NCBI GenBank assembly: GCA_963771075.1 | Contig: CAVYSE010000028.1 | Coordinates: forward strand, 192,001-256,000 | Length of the DNA stretch: 64,000 bases | Source: a candidate division FCPU426 bacterium | GTDB taxonomy: Bacteria; Oederibacteriota; Muellerivitia; Muellerivitales; Muellerivitaceae | Direction: 5' to 3' | Notes under the pieces: generated by a model | Told to the model about the DNA's origin: nothing | Database searches by the model: none | Seen by the model: only the letters and a program-made list of their open reading frames with translations | Part shown: one piece after another, positions 55,348 through 64,000 of the stretch | How the letters are laid out: each line of letters opens with the position of its first letter | Position numbering within the stretch: the stretch's first letter is position 1 | Made by a program: the position numbers and the translations under genes

Positions 55348-57030
55348 ATGCAAAAAATTCCAGGCCTGGCCAACCTCCGTGAGACCTTGAACCGGAACCT
55401 GTTATTAAAGTCCAGCCATCTTCCCTGGTTCACCCAGGGTGATTTGGACGGCTTCTTCGGTTTATTTATCGACAATCTTTTACAACTCATGCTCGTGGGG
55501 GCGCTTTGCAATGTCTTTTGCGGCATTCCCGCCGACTTCATCACGGGACAAATATTGCCTGGCGCAGCCCTCTCCATTCTTTTGGGCAACTTCTATTACG
55601 CCTGGCAGGCGCGCCGCCTGGCGCTGGACTCCAAACGGGCGGAAGTGACCGCGCTGCCCTTCGGGATCAATACTCCCAGCCTGATCGCCTTTATCTTCCT
55701 GGTAATGGCGCCGGTCTTCCGCGAAACCAACGACTGGCACCTGGCCTGGAAGGCGGGTCTATTCGCCTGTTTGTTGAACGGGTTGATGGAAATCGGCGGC
55801 TCCTACTTGGGCGATTGGCTCAGGCAAAACACACCCCGGGCCGCCATGCTTTGCGCCCTGGCCGGCATCGCCATCACCTTCATCGCCATGGGCTTCATTT
55901 TCCAGATCTTCGCTTCCCCCCTGGTGGGCCTCCTGCCCATGCTGTTGATCCTGCTTTCCTATTCCTCCCGGATCAAATGGCCCCTTTCCCTGCCGGGCGG
56001 CTTCCTGGCGGTGGTCGTGGGCACGGTGTTGGCCTGGGCCTTCCACACGGTCGCCCAATTGCCCCTCAACGTCTCGACCAATCCCATCGTCTGGTCCTTT
56101 TATGTTCCCCATCCCGTCCCCAAAGACCTGTTTTCGCTCCTGCTGAACCCGACCGGGTGGAAATACCTGGCGGTCATTTTCCCCATGGGACTTTTCAACG
56201 TGATCGGATCGCTCCAGAACCTGGAAAGCGCCGAGGCGGCGGGGGACCGCTACCCGACCAAGCCCTCCCTCCTCTGGAACGGCATCGCGACCCTGTTGGC
56301 GGGCTTCCTGGGCAGCCCCTTCCCGACGACCATTTACATCGGCCATCCCGGTTGGAAGGCGATGGGCGCCCGCCATGGTTATTCCATCCTGAACGGAACG
56401 ATCATTACCCTTCTTTGCCTGTTCGGCGGCGTCACCCTGATCCTGAAGGTCATCCCCCAGGAATGCATCCTTGGCATCCTGCTTTGGGTGGCGATCATCA
56501 TTACCGCCCAAGCCTTCATGGAAATTCCCAAGGAGCACGGCTTGGCGGTGGCCTTCGGGCTTATCCCCGCCTTCGCGGCCTTCGTGCTCCAGTTGGTCAT
56601 TGAGCCCACCCTGAAGGTGGCGGGCATGAGCCTGGCCGATGTCTGGGATAAATTCGGGAGCCTTCTCTATATCAAGGGCGTGGTCTACCTTAGCCAGGGC
56701 TTTTTGCTGACCTCGATGATTTTCGCGGCGGTGATGGTTTACATGATCGACCGTAAATTCCTCAAGGCGGCCCAGTGGACCTTCGCCGCTTCCCTTTTTT
56801 CCTTCCTGGGGCTCATCCATGCCTTTCGTTTGTCCCCGGACGGGGTAATCCAAAACGTTTTCGGGCTGGTCGCGGCGCCGGATTTTGGCATCATCTACGC
56901 CTTGGTGGGCGGAATCCTTCTCATGCTCCATTACCGCCAAAAATCGGATTCGCAATCCTCCCGCCGAAAAAAGAAGGGAAAGAAAGCACCTCCGCCCGAG
57001 CGCCCCAAGAGCAAGGTCAGCTACGTCTAG
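55348..57030 (+). CDS. NCS2-like nucleobase permease
   Basis: GDLDGFFGLFIDN, TALPFGINTP, NLESAEAAGD and PTTIYIGHPGWK motifs; TTGACC-N17-TAGGCT promoter. Confidence 0.85.
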   Translation: MQKIPGLANLRETLNRNLLLKSSHLPWFTQGDLDGFFGLFIDNLLQLMLVGALCNVFCGIPADFITGQILPGAALSILLGNFYYAWQARRLALDSKRAEVTALPFGINTPSLIAFIFLVMAPVFRETNDWHLAWKAGLFACLLNGLMEIGGSYLGDWLRQNTPRAAMLCALAGIAITFIAMGFIFQIFASPLVGLLPMLLILLSYSSRIKWPLSLPGGFLAVVVGTVLAWAFHTVAQLPLNVSTNPIVWSFYVPHPVPKDLFSLLLNPTGWKYLAVIFPMGLFNVIGSLQNLESAEAAGDRYPTKPSLLWNGIATLLAGFLGSPFPTTIYIGHPGWKAMGARHGYSILNGTIITLLCLFGGVTLILKVIPQECILGILLWVAIIITAQAFMEIPKEHGLAVAFGLIPAFAAFVLQLVIEPTLKVAGMSLADVWDKFGSLLYIKGVVYLSQGFLLTSMIFAAVMVYMIDRKFLKAAQWTFAASLFSFLGLIHAFRLSPDGVIQNVFGLVAAPDFGIIYALVGGILLMLHYRQKSDSQSSRRKKKGKKAPPPERPKSKVSYV

Positions 57031-57058
57031 TTTCCAGGCCCGAGAAAAGGAACCGGCC

Positions 57059-59170
57059 TTGTCCCCACCCCCCTCCGCTTATTTATTGCGCCGGTTCCTG
57101 TGGTACGGTTATTTCCTATGCCTGTGCTCCCTCTTGACTTGGATCCCCATGGATGGAGCCATTCAATTCGCCCTGGTTTTGGTCGGCTTGGGGATTCCCT
57201 TATTAACCGCATGGCGCAAGGCGATCCCCGGCACTCCTTCCACTCCCTGGGAAACAGAAACCCTTAGCCCCCTGTCACCCTGGGTTTGGTTTATTTTTAT
57301 CTTCCTGGCCCTAACCCTTCGCCTGGCCGATATCCAATCCTTTCCGGCCTGGCCCAACCCGGACGAGGGTGGCATCGGCACCATGGGTTTAAGCATCAGC
57401 CAGCATTGGACTAGCCGCTTTTTTTATTCTTTCGCCCAAAACCCTCCCCTGACCTTCTGGCTGGACGCCCTGGCCGCGAAGATGTGGCTGAACCCCTTTC
57501 TCGCCCTATGGCTTCCCTCCGCGGTCGTTTCGGTTTTGACCTTGGGAATGGGTTATTGGGTTGCCCGACGTTTTTTCTCTTTTTCTTTGTCCTTTTTATT
57601 CACGTCTCTGGTGGCCTTCTCTTTCTGGCCCCTTTACATCGGCCGCCACAGCCACGAGGGCATGGCCCTTCCCCTGTTTGAACTCCTGGCCTTTGGGGCC
57701 TTGGGTCTGGCGGTTCAAAAGCAGAAGAACGAGGGTTCTTCTTTCCGTTTTTTCTTGTTCGGGCTCACGGCAGGTTTGGGTTTTATCACCTTCACCGCCT
57801 GGGCCGGAGTGGCGCTCTATTTCGTTCTTCTTGCGGCTTGGGGCCTTTGGAAAAATCCCGCCACACGTTCAAAATGGTTGTGGTTCATCCCCGGAATAGG
57901 CTTGGGGGCTTTCCCTTTCATCCGGGCGGTTTTAACCGAGGGTTATGGTCACCATCTAACTTCCCTGACCCCTTGGAGCGGTTGGTTTCCCTGGGCCCAT
58001 CAATTCGAAGTGGATTGGCATTACCTGACGGTGCTTTGTTGGGGCACGTTTGACCCGGAAGCCGCCTATACCCCGGTGACCGGCGGGTTTCTGAACCCGA
58101 TTCTGGGAGCTTTTTTCTTTTTGGGATTAATGGAAATTCTTAAATTCCGCAGGGCAGCTTGGGCCCAATGGATGCTCTTGGGTTTTCCTATTCTTATCCT
58201 TCCCGGCGTCCTCTCCATGAACGTGGAGGCTTTCCGCATCGTCCCTGTCTTCCCGCTCCTTTTATTCACGGCGGCCCTGGGATTTCAATCCCTGTTGGAA
58301 GCACTGAATTTGGAAAGAAGATGGCTTTACTTGTTTCTATTACTTTTGATATCGCTTGGATTTGATTTGTACCGCTTGGTAGGGACCTGGACGGACTATG
58401 ACGCCCACCCAATGGACTTTGACCGGCCCGTGAAGTCCGTGGAAAAACTTCGCGCCTACCGGATGATGGAGGAAACCTTTAAGGAAAAGGGGCCGGGGAT
58501 TGTGTTAGCCGACTTTGATACCAATACCGAAAATGACGCTACCCTCACGCTTTGCACCTCATTTATGGATTTCGCCCAAATTCCTTTACGGCCGGGCAAC
58601 CCTATTGTTCCCACATGGGGAGCACTTTGCGTGAATGTGCATTACCAACCCTATTTGGAAAAGCGCCTTCCGGGCGCCCAATGGTTCTATCTGGCGAAGG
58701 GACTCCAAAAACCGGATGGAGGGTCTGTACTTGCCATTTTCCCCATCTCAAATCCGATACCGAAATTCGTTATGAATTGGATGGGAATCAACATGTATAT
58801 GAGGACAGTGGACTCAAAACGGCTCAATCAACCAAAAGAGGATTGGGATTCTTTAATCAGTGAGTTATACGGTTTTTGTTACGGTTTGTCCGAAAAAGAT
58901 CCATTTTTGGCCTCAGTCTTTTGGGACAAGGTAGCGGCTTTTGAGTACGGCAAGCTGGACTATGGCGCGAACCTGGCGGCCCTGCAGTACGCGGTGAAGG
59001 ATGGTTATCCCACCGCGGCCCTTTGTTTTGAGCTGGGAAATCTATACCTGGCCAAGGGTTTCAAAAAGGAGGCCCGGGAAGCATATCAAATGGCCCGAAA
59101 AGCCCCCCTCGACCTGACTCCATCGGCTCTCCTTCTCTTACAACTCCAAAAAGAGAATTCCGCCAAATAA
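57059..59170 (+). CDS. GT-C glycosyltransferase with C-terminal TPR, paralog 4
   Basis: RLADIQSFPAWPNPDEG, YTPVTGGFLNP, DPFLASVFWDK and TPR. Start placed at TTG 57059, after the permease stop. Confidence 0.8.
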   Translation: MSPPPSAYLLRRFLWYGYFLCLCSLLTWIPMDGAIQFALVLVGLGIPLLTAWRKAIPGTPSTPWETETLSPLSPWVWFIFIFLALTLRLADIQSFPAWPNPDEGGIGTMGLSISQHWTSRFFYSFAQNPPLTFWLDALAAKMWLNPFLALWLPSAVVSVLTLGMGYWVARRFFSFSLSFLFTSLVAFSFWPLYIGRHSHEGMALPLFELLAFGALGLAVQKQKNEGSSFRFFLFGLTAGLGFITFTAWAGVALYFVLLAAWGLWKNPATRSKWLWFIPGIGLGAFPFIRAVLTEGYGHHLTSLTPWSGWFPWAHQFEVDWHYLTVLCWGTFDPEAAYTPVTGGFLNPILGAFFFLGLMEILKFRRAAWAQWMLLGFPILILPGVLSMNVEAFRIVPVFPLLLFTAALGFQSLLEALNLERRWLYLFLLLLISLGFDLYRLVGTWTDYDAHPMDFDRPVKSVEKLRAYRMMEETFKEKGPGIVLADFDTNTENDATLTLCTSFMDFAQIPLRPGNPIVPTWGALCVNVHYQPYLEKRLPGAQWFYLAKGLQKPDGGSVLAIFPISNPIPKFVMNWMGINMYMRTVDSKRLNQPKEDWDSLISELYGFCYGLSEKDPFLASVFWDKVAAFEYGKLDYGANLAALQYAVKDGYPTAALCFELGNLYLAKGFKKEAREAYQMARKAPLDLTPSALLLLQLQKENSAK

Positions 59171-59202
59171 AAAAGCCTCTCCCGTTTGCGGGAAAGGCTT
59201 TT
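59169..59202. terminator. Bidirectional Rho-independent terminator
   Basis: AAAAAAGCCTCTCCCG-TTTG-CGGGAAAGGCTTTT between convergent genes. Confidence 0.8.
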
Positions 59203-59231
59203 AATCTTTGCCTATTCACTCCCAACTTGAC

Positions 59232-59618
59232 TTATGGTTTGTAGGCGTCCGCCTCGATCTCAACCATCATTTCGGGGTCGATCAATCGGGACACTTCCAC
59301 CAAGGTCATGGCGGGCCGGATTTCGCCGAACACTTCCCCGTGGGCCTTGCCGTACTTTTCCCACTCGGCGGCCTTGGTCACGAACAACCGGGTTCGAACC
59401 ACGTCCTTCGCCGAAAAGCCTGCCTTCTCCAAGCCGGCCAACAGGTTTTTGAGGGCCTGGACCGTCTGGGCGTAGGCGTCACCGACCCCGACGATCTTTC
59501 CGTCGGGCCCTGTGCCCGTGGTGCCGGAAACAAAAAGATGCGGCCCCACCTTCACGGCGCGGGAATAACCCAGGATGGGCTCCCATTTCGAACCAGTGCT
59601 GATGTTCTCTCGGGACAT
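59232..59618 (-). CDS. RidA family protein
   Basis: [22 protein letters not shown] and RPA...V..LI...MVEIEA motifs. Confidence 0.9.
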   Translation of the reverse strand: MSRENISTGSKWEPILGYSRAVKVGPHLFVSGTTGTGPDGKIVGVGDAYAQTVQALKNLLAGLEKAGFSAKDVVRTRLFVTKAAEWEKYGKAHGEVFGEIRPAMTLVEVSRLIDPEMMVEIEADAYKP

Positions 59619-59663
59619 GTTCTTACCTCTGGAATGGAATCACTTCGTAAAATTAGCTCAGTC

Positions 59664-59984
59664 TTAGGACGATCCAACTTTTCGGGGAGCGGAAACCTGC
59701 TTTTGCGCGTTCACCGGATTCTGGGTCCGGGTCGGCCCGCCCTTCTCGTGCTTGTGGGCGTGCTCGTGGGGATGCTCATGGTCGTGGTGGTCATGGTCAT
59801 GCCCGTGTTCTTCCTCGTGCTTCTTCGCCTCGGCCGCCGCATCCGAGTTGGTCTTGGCCAAGGCTTCGCTCTCGGTCTTCTCGTCCGCCTGCAGGTGGCA
59901 CTTTTTGTACTTTTTTCCCGACCCACAAGGGCAAACATCGTTTCTCCCCGTCTTCAGCCTGGCCTGCCAATCCTGATCCGCCAT
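59664..59984 (-). CDS. SEC-C metal-binding protein with His-rich tract
   Basis: GRNDVCPCGSGKKYKKCH followed by HEEEHGHDHDHHDHEHPHEHAHKH; SD GGAGG. Confidence 0.85.
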   Translation of the reverse strand: MADQDWQARLKTGRNDVCPCGSGKKYKKCHLQADEKTESEALAKTNSDAAAEAKKHEEEHGHDHDHHDHEHPHEHAHKHEKGGPTRTQNPVNAQKQVSAPRKVGSS

Positions 59985-60094
59985 AAGTCCTCCAAAACCA
60001 ATTGATTAGGGGCGTTATTATACGGTGGTTGGACAAAAAATCATCCCCAGTACTATTTCAACAGTCGGAAAATTGAGATCGTGAAATGAAAAGG

Positions 60095-60404
60095 TTAATA
60101 GGTAGGAGTATTCGTAGGCTTACCAAAGAAGTACGTAGGAGTTGGGGCAGACGTGCGATGATGTGTGGTGGGTGTAATAAGTAAACTTAAAGTTGTAGAC
60201 GCACTACCCGCATAGCCACCTGAACCGCCATTAACATAACCCGATCCGCCTACGCCACCGGCTATGCTCACAATACTGCTGTCCACCGACACCGCTCCAA
60301 CGACCGTTAATACCGCCGAACCAAAGCTCACCAAGGGCCATGGCCGAAAGAAAAGAAAATATCATTCCCTTTTTCAGCGACCGCGTAAAAATTTTACTTT
60401 CCAT
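60095..60404 (-). pseudogene. Frameshifted remnant of a secreted Gly- and Thr/Pro-rich protein
   Basis: AT-richer segment. A signal-like MESKIF..FLSAMA switches frame near 60337 to ...GGVGGSG...TPT..PTPTY..PTNTPTY. Confidence 0.35.
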
Positions 60405-60495
60405 ATTATGAGGACGGTTAAACATATGTGGAATTTTACTCTGATATTCATTGTATTGTGCAACGATTATTAAAGTTCTAACCTTAATTTCCCAT

Positions 60496-62169
60496 TTACC
60501 TATTTTTTGAGCCGCTTTTCGCCATTTCCCGGGCCTTCTTGGCCTCCCGAGCGGTCCAATCCTCATACTCGGCGTAGCTTCCCTTGAAGTCGTTATAGGT
60601 GCCATCCGGTTTCAGCTCCAGGATGCGGTTGGCCACCTTTCCGATCAAATCCTGGTCATGGGACGAGAAGATCACCGTCCCCGTGTATTCCTCCAGGGAT
60701 TTGCTCAGGGACTCGATGGATTCCAAATCCATATGGTTGGTGGGCTCGTCGAGAATGAGCACGCTCGCTCCCTCGATCATCAGCCGGGAAAGTACCATGC
60801 GCTGGCATTCGCCCCCGGAAAGCACCTTCACGCTCTTGTCCTGCTCCTCGCCGGAAAAAAGCATCCGGCCCAGCATCCCGCGCAGGACCTGGCCCTCTTC
60901 CAGGGGAGCGAACTGGCGAAGCCACTGAAGAGCGGTCATGTCGGTGGTCAGTTCTTCCTTCACGTCCTGGGGCATGCTGGAAAGCCTGACCGTGGAGCCC
61001 CATACCACTTGTCCCTCGTCCACCTTCACTCCCCATTGGGCCAAGTCCGACCCCTCGTTATGGAAGGCCCCGACGAGAGACTTGATAAGGGTGGTTTTGC
61101 CCACGCCGTTGGGCCCGATGATGGCCAACTTGTCTCCGTTGCCCACGATGAAGCTGAGCTTCTTCAGCACCTTGAGGTCGCCGTAACCCTTGCTGATGCT
61201 CTTGACGTTGAGGATGTCCTTGCCCGCGCCCTGTTTTTCCTTGAAGAAAAGCCGGGGATACTGCCGGGTAGTGGGGATGATCTGCTCAAGCTCGATTTTT
61301 TCCAAGAGCCGGGCCCGGCTGGTGGCCTGGGCGCTCTTGGAGGCGTTGGCGGAAAAGCGCGCCACGAAGGCCTTGAGCTCGGCGATCTGCTTTTCCTTGC
61401 GCGCGTTCTCGGTCATCTTGGTGTCCAGGTTCTGCTGGGAGGCGTGCACGAAAAAGTCGTAGTTGCCCGTGTACACCGTCACCTTTTCCCGGTCCACGTC
61501 GGCGATATGGCTGCAAATGTGGTTGAGGAAGTGGCGGTCGTGGGAGATGACGATGATGGTGCCCTCGTAGGCGTTGAGGTAGTCCTCCAGCCAGTCGATG
61601 GTTCGGATATCCAGGTTGTTGGTGGGCTCATCGAGGAGCAAGACGTCGGGCTTGGCGTAAAGCACCTGGGCCAAAAGTACGCGCACCTTCCAACCGCCGG
61701 TCAAAAGCTTCATCCGGGTCTCGTGCCGGGCCGTCTCGATGCCCAGGCCTTCCAGCAGCTCGCCCGCGGCGGCCGCGTAGGCATAGCCGTCCATGTCCCC
61801 GAACTGGGCCTCCAGCTCGGCGGCCCTCAAGCCCTCGTCGTGGGTCATCTCGGCCTTGGCGTAAAGCGCGTCCTTTTCCTGCTGGATCTTCCAAAGGTCT
61901 TCCCGGCCCATGAGGACCGTTTCGAGCACCGTGAACTCGTCGAAAGCGTATTGGTCTTGCTTGAGCATGGCCACCTTGACGCCCCGGTCGATGGCGATTT
62001 CACCCTCGTCGGGCTTGAGCTGCCCCGCGAGGATCTTCATGAAGGTGGATTTTCCCGCCCCGTTGGCCCCGATCAAGCCGTAGCAATAGCCCGGATTGAA
62101 TTTCACCGTGACCTTGTCGAAAAGGGTTTTCTTCCCGAAACGGAGGGTTACTTCTTTAGCCGAAATCAT
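60496..62169 (-). CDS. ABC-F family ATPase (YbiT-like)
   Basis: Two ABC domains (GANGAGKST, LLDEPTN; GPNGVGKTT, LSGGE), RFSANASKSAQATSR linker, no TM. Confidence 0.93.
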   Translation of the reverse strand: MISAKEVTLRFGKKTLFDKVTVKFNPGYCYGLIGANGAGKSTFMKILAGQLKPDEGEIAIDRGVKVAMLKQDQYAFDEFTVLETVLMGREDLWKIQQEKDALYAKAEMTHDEGLRAAELEAQFGDMDGYAYAAAAGELLEGLGIETARHETRMKLLTGGWKVRVLLAQVLYAKPDVLLLDEPTNNLDIRTIDWLEDYLNAYEGTIIVISHDRHFLNHICSHIADVDREKVTVYTGNYDFFVHASQQNLDTKMTENARKEKQIAELKAFVARFSANASKSAQATSRARLLEKIELEQIIPTTRQYPRLFFKEKQGAGKDILNVKSISKGYGDLKVLKKLSFIVGNGDKLAIIGPNGVGKTTLIKSLVGAFHNEGSDLAQWGVKVDEGQVVWGSTVRLSSMPQDVKEELTTDMTALQWLRQFAPLEEGQVLRGMLGRMLFSGEEQDKSVKVLSGGECQRMVLSRLMIEGASVLILDEPTNHMDLESIESLSKSLEEYTGTVIFSSHDQDLIGKVANRILELKPDGTYNDFKGSYAEYEDWTAREAKKAREMAKSGSKNR

Positions 62170-62203
62170 GGGTTATTCGCCTCTTTATAAACAGAACCAA
62201 CTT

Positions 62204-62288
62204 CCAACGAAAAGCCGCAATGAAAACCTTTCTAATTTAAAAGTTAAAACAAATAGTTTTTCTTGGCGGCTTAGCGTCTTTGCGTTGG
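62204..62288. repeat. Inverted repeat of 9-nt units (ACGCAAAG-type)
   Basis: Left arm CCAACGAAAAGCCGCAATGAAAAC; right arm reverse complement CCAACGCAAAGACGCTAAGCCGCCAAGAAAAAC. Confidence 0.6.
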
Positions 62289-62347
62289 CTTTGGGTTTTA
62301 AGCCCGCAATTGTCCGGGGTTTCAGCCGGTGAGTCAAGGGCAACGGA

Positions 62348-63016
62348 TTAGGGACGGCCGTGCGGATGGCCGGTGCGGAGGTCGTGCAAATGGTCCCGCC
62401 ACTGGGCCAAATCCGCCACATCCTCGGGTGGAAAGGAGAATTTATCCTTCCATTTCCCCTTGTCATAAACAATGACCTGCCCCTTCTTGACGATATCGGT
62501 GCGGCCCTTGGCGCTGGTCACGAACCCGCCCTGATGGGAATAGACCTCCACCTGATCGCCCTTCTTGACGAACTCCACCAAAGTGCCGTGGGCCTGGCAG
62601 AGAACGTCGCCCGCGTAAACCTCGAAAGGATAATTGGGCGTTTGGTCCATTTGGGCCACCAGTTTCCCGGAAAGCAGGGTCACCCGAAAGGTCAGGCCCC
62701 GGGTCTCGTCAAAGCGCAGCCGGCTGATGGAAAGGCGGGAATTCTCGGCCAATTGCAGGTATACCCGGTTTTTGAGCCTCAACACCACTTCCGACTTGGG
62801 GCCCGTGGTGATGCGGTCGCCGTCGTCCACGTGCTGGTCCATTCGAAGGCGTTTGGTCTCATCCGTCTCATCGCGGAAGGCGGTGACCTGCCCCACGCAA
62901 TCCAATACTCGAAGCCGCGGGTCCGAGTCGTCCGCGCGCAGGTTGGAAAAACCAACGAGGACCAGGATCAGGGAGAAACCCATCCAACCCTTCAGGTTTG
63001 AAAAAGTTCTTTTCAT
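62348..63016 (-). CDS. Secreted FecR-domain protein
   Basis: Signal peptide; GDRITTG..S...L....L.ENS.L, L.SG.L and HGT motifs. Confidence 0.8.
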   Translation of the reverse strand: MKRTFSNLKGWMGFSLILVLVGFSNLRADDSDPRLRVLDCVGQVTAFRDETDETKRLRMDQHVDDGDRITTGPKSEVVLRLKNRVYLQLAENSRLSISRLRFDETRGLTFRVTLLSGKLVAQMDQTPNYPFEVYAGDVLCQAHGTLVEFVKKGDQVEVYSHQGGFVTSAKGRTDIVKKGQVIVYDKGKWKDKFSFPPEDVADLAQWRDHLHDLRTGHPHGRP

Positions 63017-63140
63017 GAGGGCGTATTATAAGAAATAGAAGCCTTATTTCTTCCCTAAATCAATCTGGCCGCGAACAGGGAGGATGCACCTGGATCGGCG
63101 TAAAACATTTTCCTTTTGGACAGATCACCTGAATCTCACC

Positions 63141-64000
63141 CTAGGACGGGGTCGAAAGGATTTTTTCCAGGCGGATCAACTCGCCCAGCGACCAGGCTTG
63201 GAAGGGACAGCCGCCGGAATGGAAGGGAGCCTCCCCGTCGAAAAGCTCGGGCACATGGGTCGAACCCGAAAGGTGCATGTGTTCCAACAGCGGCTCCATG
63301 AATTTTTTCCTCGCCTCGGTTTTTGCCTTGGGGTTTTCCCCGTGGCATTTGAGCCAGGCCTCCACGAAGGGCCCCAGGAGCCAGGGCCAGGCCGAACCTT
63401 GGTGGTAGGTTGCCTCGCGTTCCTGGGCCCCGCCCCGGTAATGGGGCTGGTAGCCCGGCTCCTCGGGCGCCAGGGTCCTCAAACCGTAGGGCACCGCCAA
63501 TCTCCGCTCGACTTTTTCCAAAACTTGCCGCGCCTGGTCGGCCGTAACCAGGGTCAGGGGCAGGCCTCCCACCGCGAAGAGTTGGTTGGGCCTGAACCGG
63601 CTGTCCACCGAATGGGGAAACCGGTCCGCGTCCACCACGTCGTATAGGTAGCCGCCTTCCTTGAACCAGAACCGGTCCCGGAAAGACTTCACGCCGCGCT
63701 CCAGAAGCTTCTTCAGTTCGGGGTCCGGATGCTTGCCAAGGGTGAGTGCGAAGGAAAGGGCGTTCAGCCAAAGGGCCTCCACCTCGACGGGCTTACCCAC
63801 CCGGGGCGTGACCGCGTTACCGTGCACCCGGGAATCCATCCAGGTGAGGGCGCTGTCCCCCTCCCCCGCCCAAAGCAATCCGTCCGAATCCAGGCCCAAC
63901 CCGATGCGGATGCCCTTGCGGTATCCTTCCAATATCTTCCAAACCGCCTCGGTCAATTCCTCTTCCCCGCCCTTGCCCCCGGACAAAAAGTATTCCCTCA
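63141..64000 (-). CDS. Glycogen debranching enzyme (amylo-alpha-1,6-glucosidase), 5'-truncated by the window
   Basis: LTWMD..VTPR.GKPVEVEALW.NAL, RPNQL, YGLRTL, YHQGSAWPWL, ELFDG and GCPFQAWS motifs. Confidence 0.92.
   Translation of the reverse strand, partial: REYFLSGGKGGEEELTEAVWKILEGYRKGIRIGLGLDSDGLLWAGEGDSALTWMDSRVHGNAVTPRVGKPVEVEALWLNALSFALTLGKHPDPELKKLLERGVKSFRDRFWFKEGGYLYDVVDADRFPHSVDSRFRPNQLFAVGGLPLTLVTADQARQVLEKVERRLAVPYGLRTLAPEEPGYQPHYRGGAQEREATYHQGSAWPWLLGPFVEAWLKCHGENPKAKTEARKKFMEPLLEHMHLSGSTHVPELFDGEAPFHSGGCPFQAWSLGELIRLEKILSTPS

Noticed and set aside
55506..56955. 365-aa (+) and 398-aa (-) ORFs over the permease
   Set aside because: Alternate-frame shadows expected from high GC3.
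60658..62190. 510-aa plus-strand ORF
   Set aside because: Antisense shadow of the ABC-F gene, with no motifs.
1..64000. tRNA/rRNA, integrase, transposase, reverse transcriptase, prophage or defence island
   Set aside because: No cloverleaf, rRNA-like stretch or diagnostic catalytic motifs were found by eye; only the toxin-antitoxin pair is present.

Overview
This is a gene-dense, GC-rich chromosomal window from a diderm bacterium. It has TolC/EmrAB efflux genes, several outer-membrane beta-barrels, a PorV/PorQ-like protein and Thr/Pro-linker surface proteins; this mix recalls little-studied candidate phyla such as FCPU426, but that placement is inference only. There are about 60 CDS, including housekeeping genes (zwf, cysH, gpsA, aroK, mscS, amrS, msrA, an acyl-CoA dehydrogenase, an ABC-F ATPase, a glycogen debranching enzyme), a VapBC-type toxin-antitoxin pair and a MarR-TolC-EmrA-EmrB operon. 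I saw no rRNA, tRNA, CRISPR array, transposase or prophage. Most notable: (1) a four-gene cluster of a stand-alone T9SS-CTD-like protein, a PorV-like barrel with TPR, an ECF sigma factor and an anti-sigma with a CTD/FlgD-like domain, divergent from a ~1760-aa modular surface lipoprotein split by a 1-nt homopolymer frameshift; (2) four dispersed paralogous GT-C (ArnT/PMT-like) glycosyltransferase-TPR fusions; (3) an Aur1/PAP2 lipid phosphotransferase fused to a degenerate PEP-synthase ATP-grasp domain, downstream of gpsA; (4) a recurring leaderless-mRNA promoter signature; (5) several families of small palindromic intergenic elements and a MITE-like remnant. The first ~1.6 kb carries indels and a stop codon that look like consensus errors. 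All family assignments come from reading motifs by eye, not from database searches.
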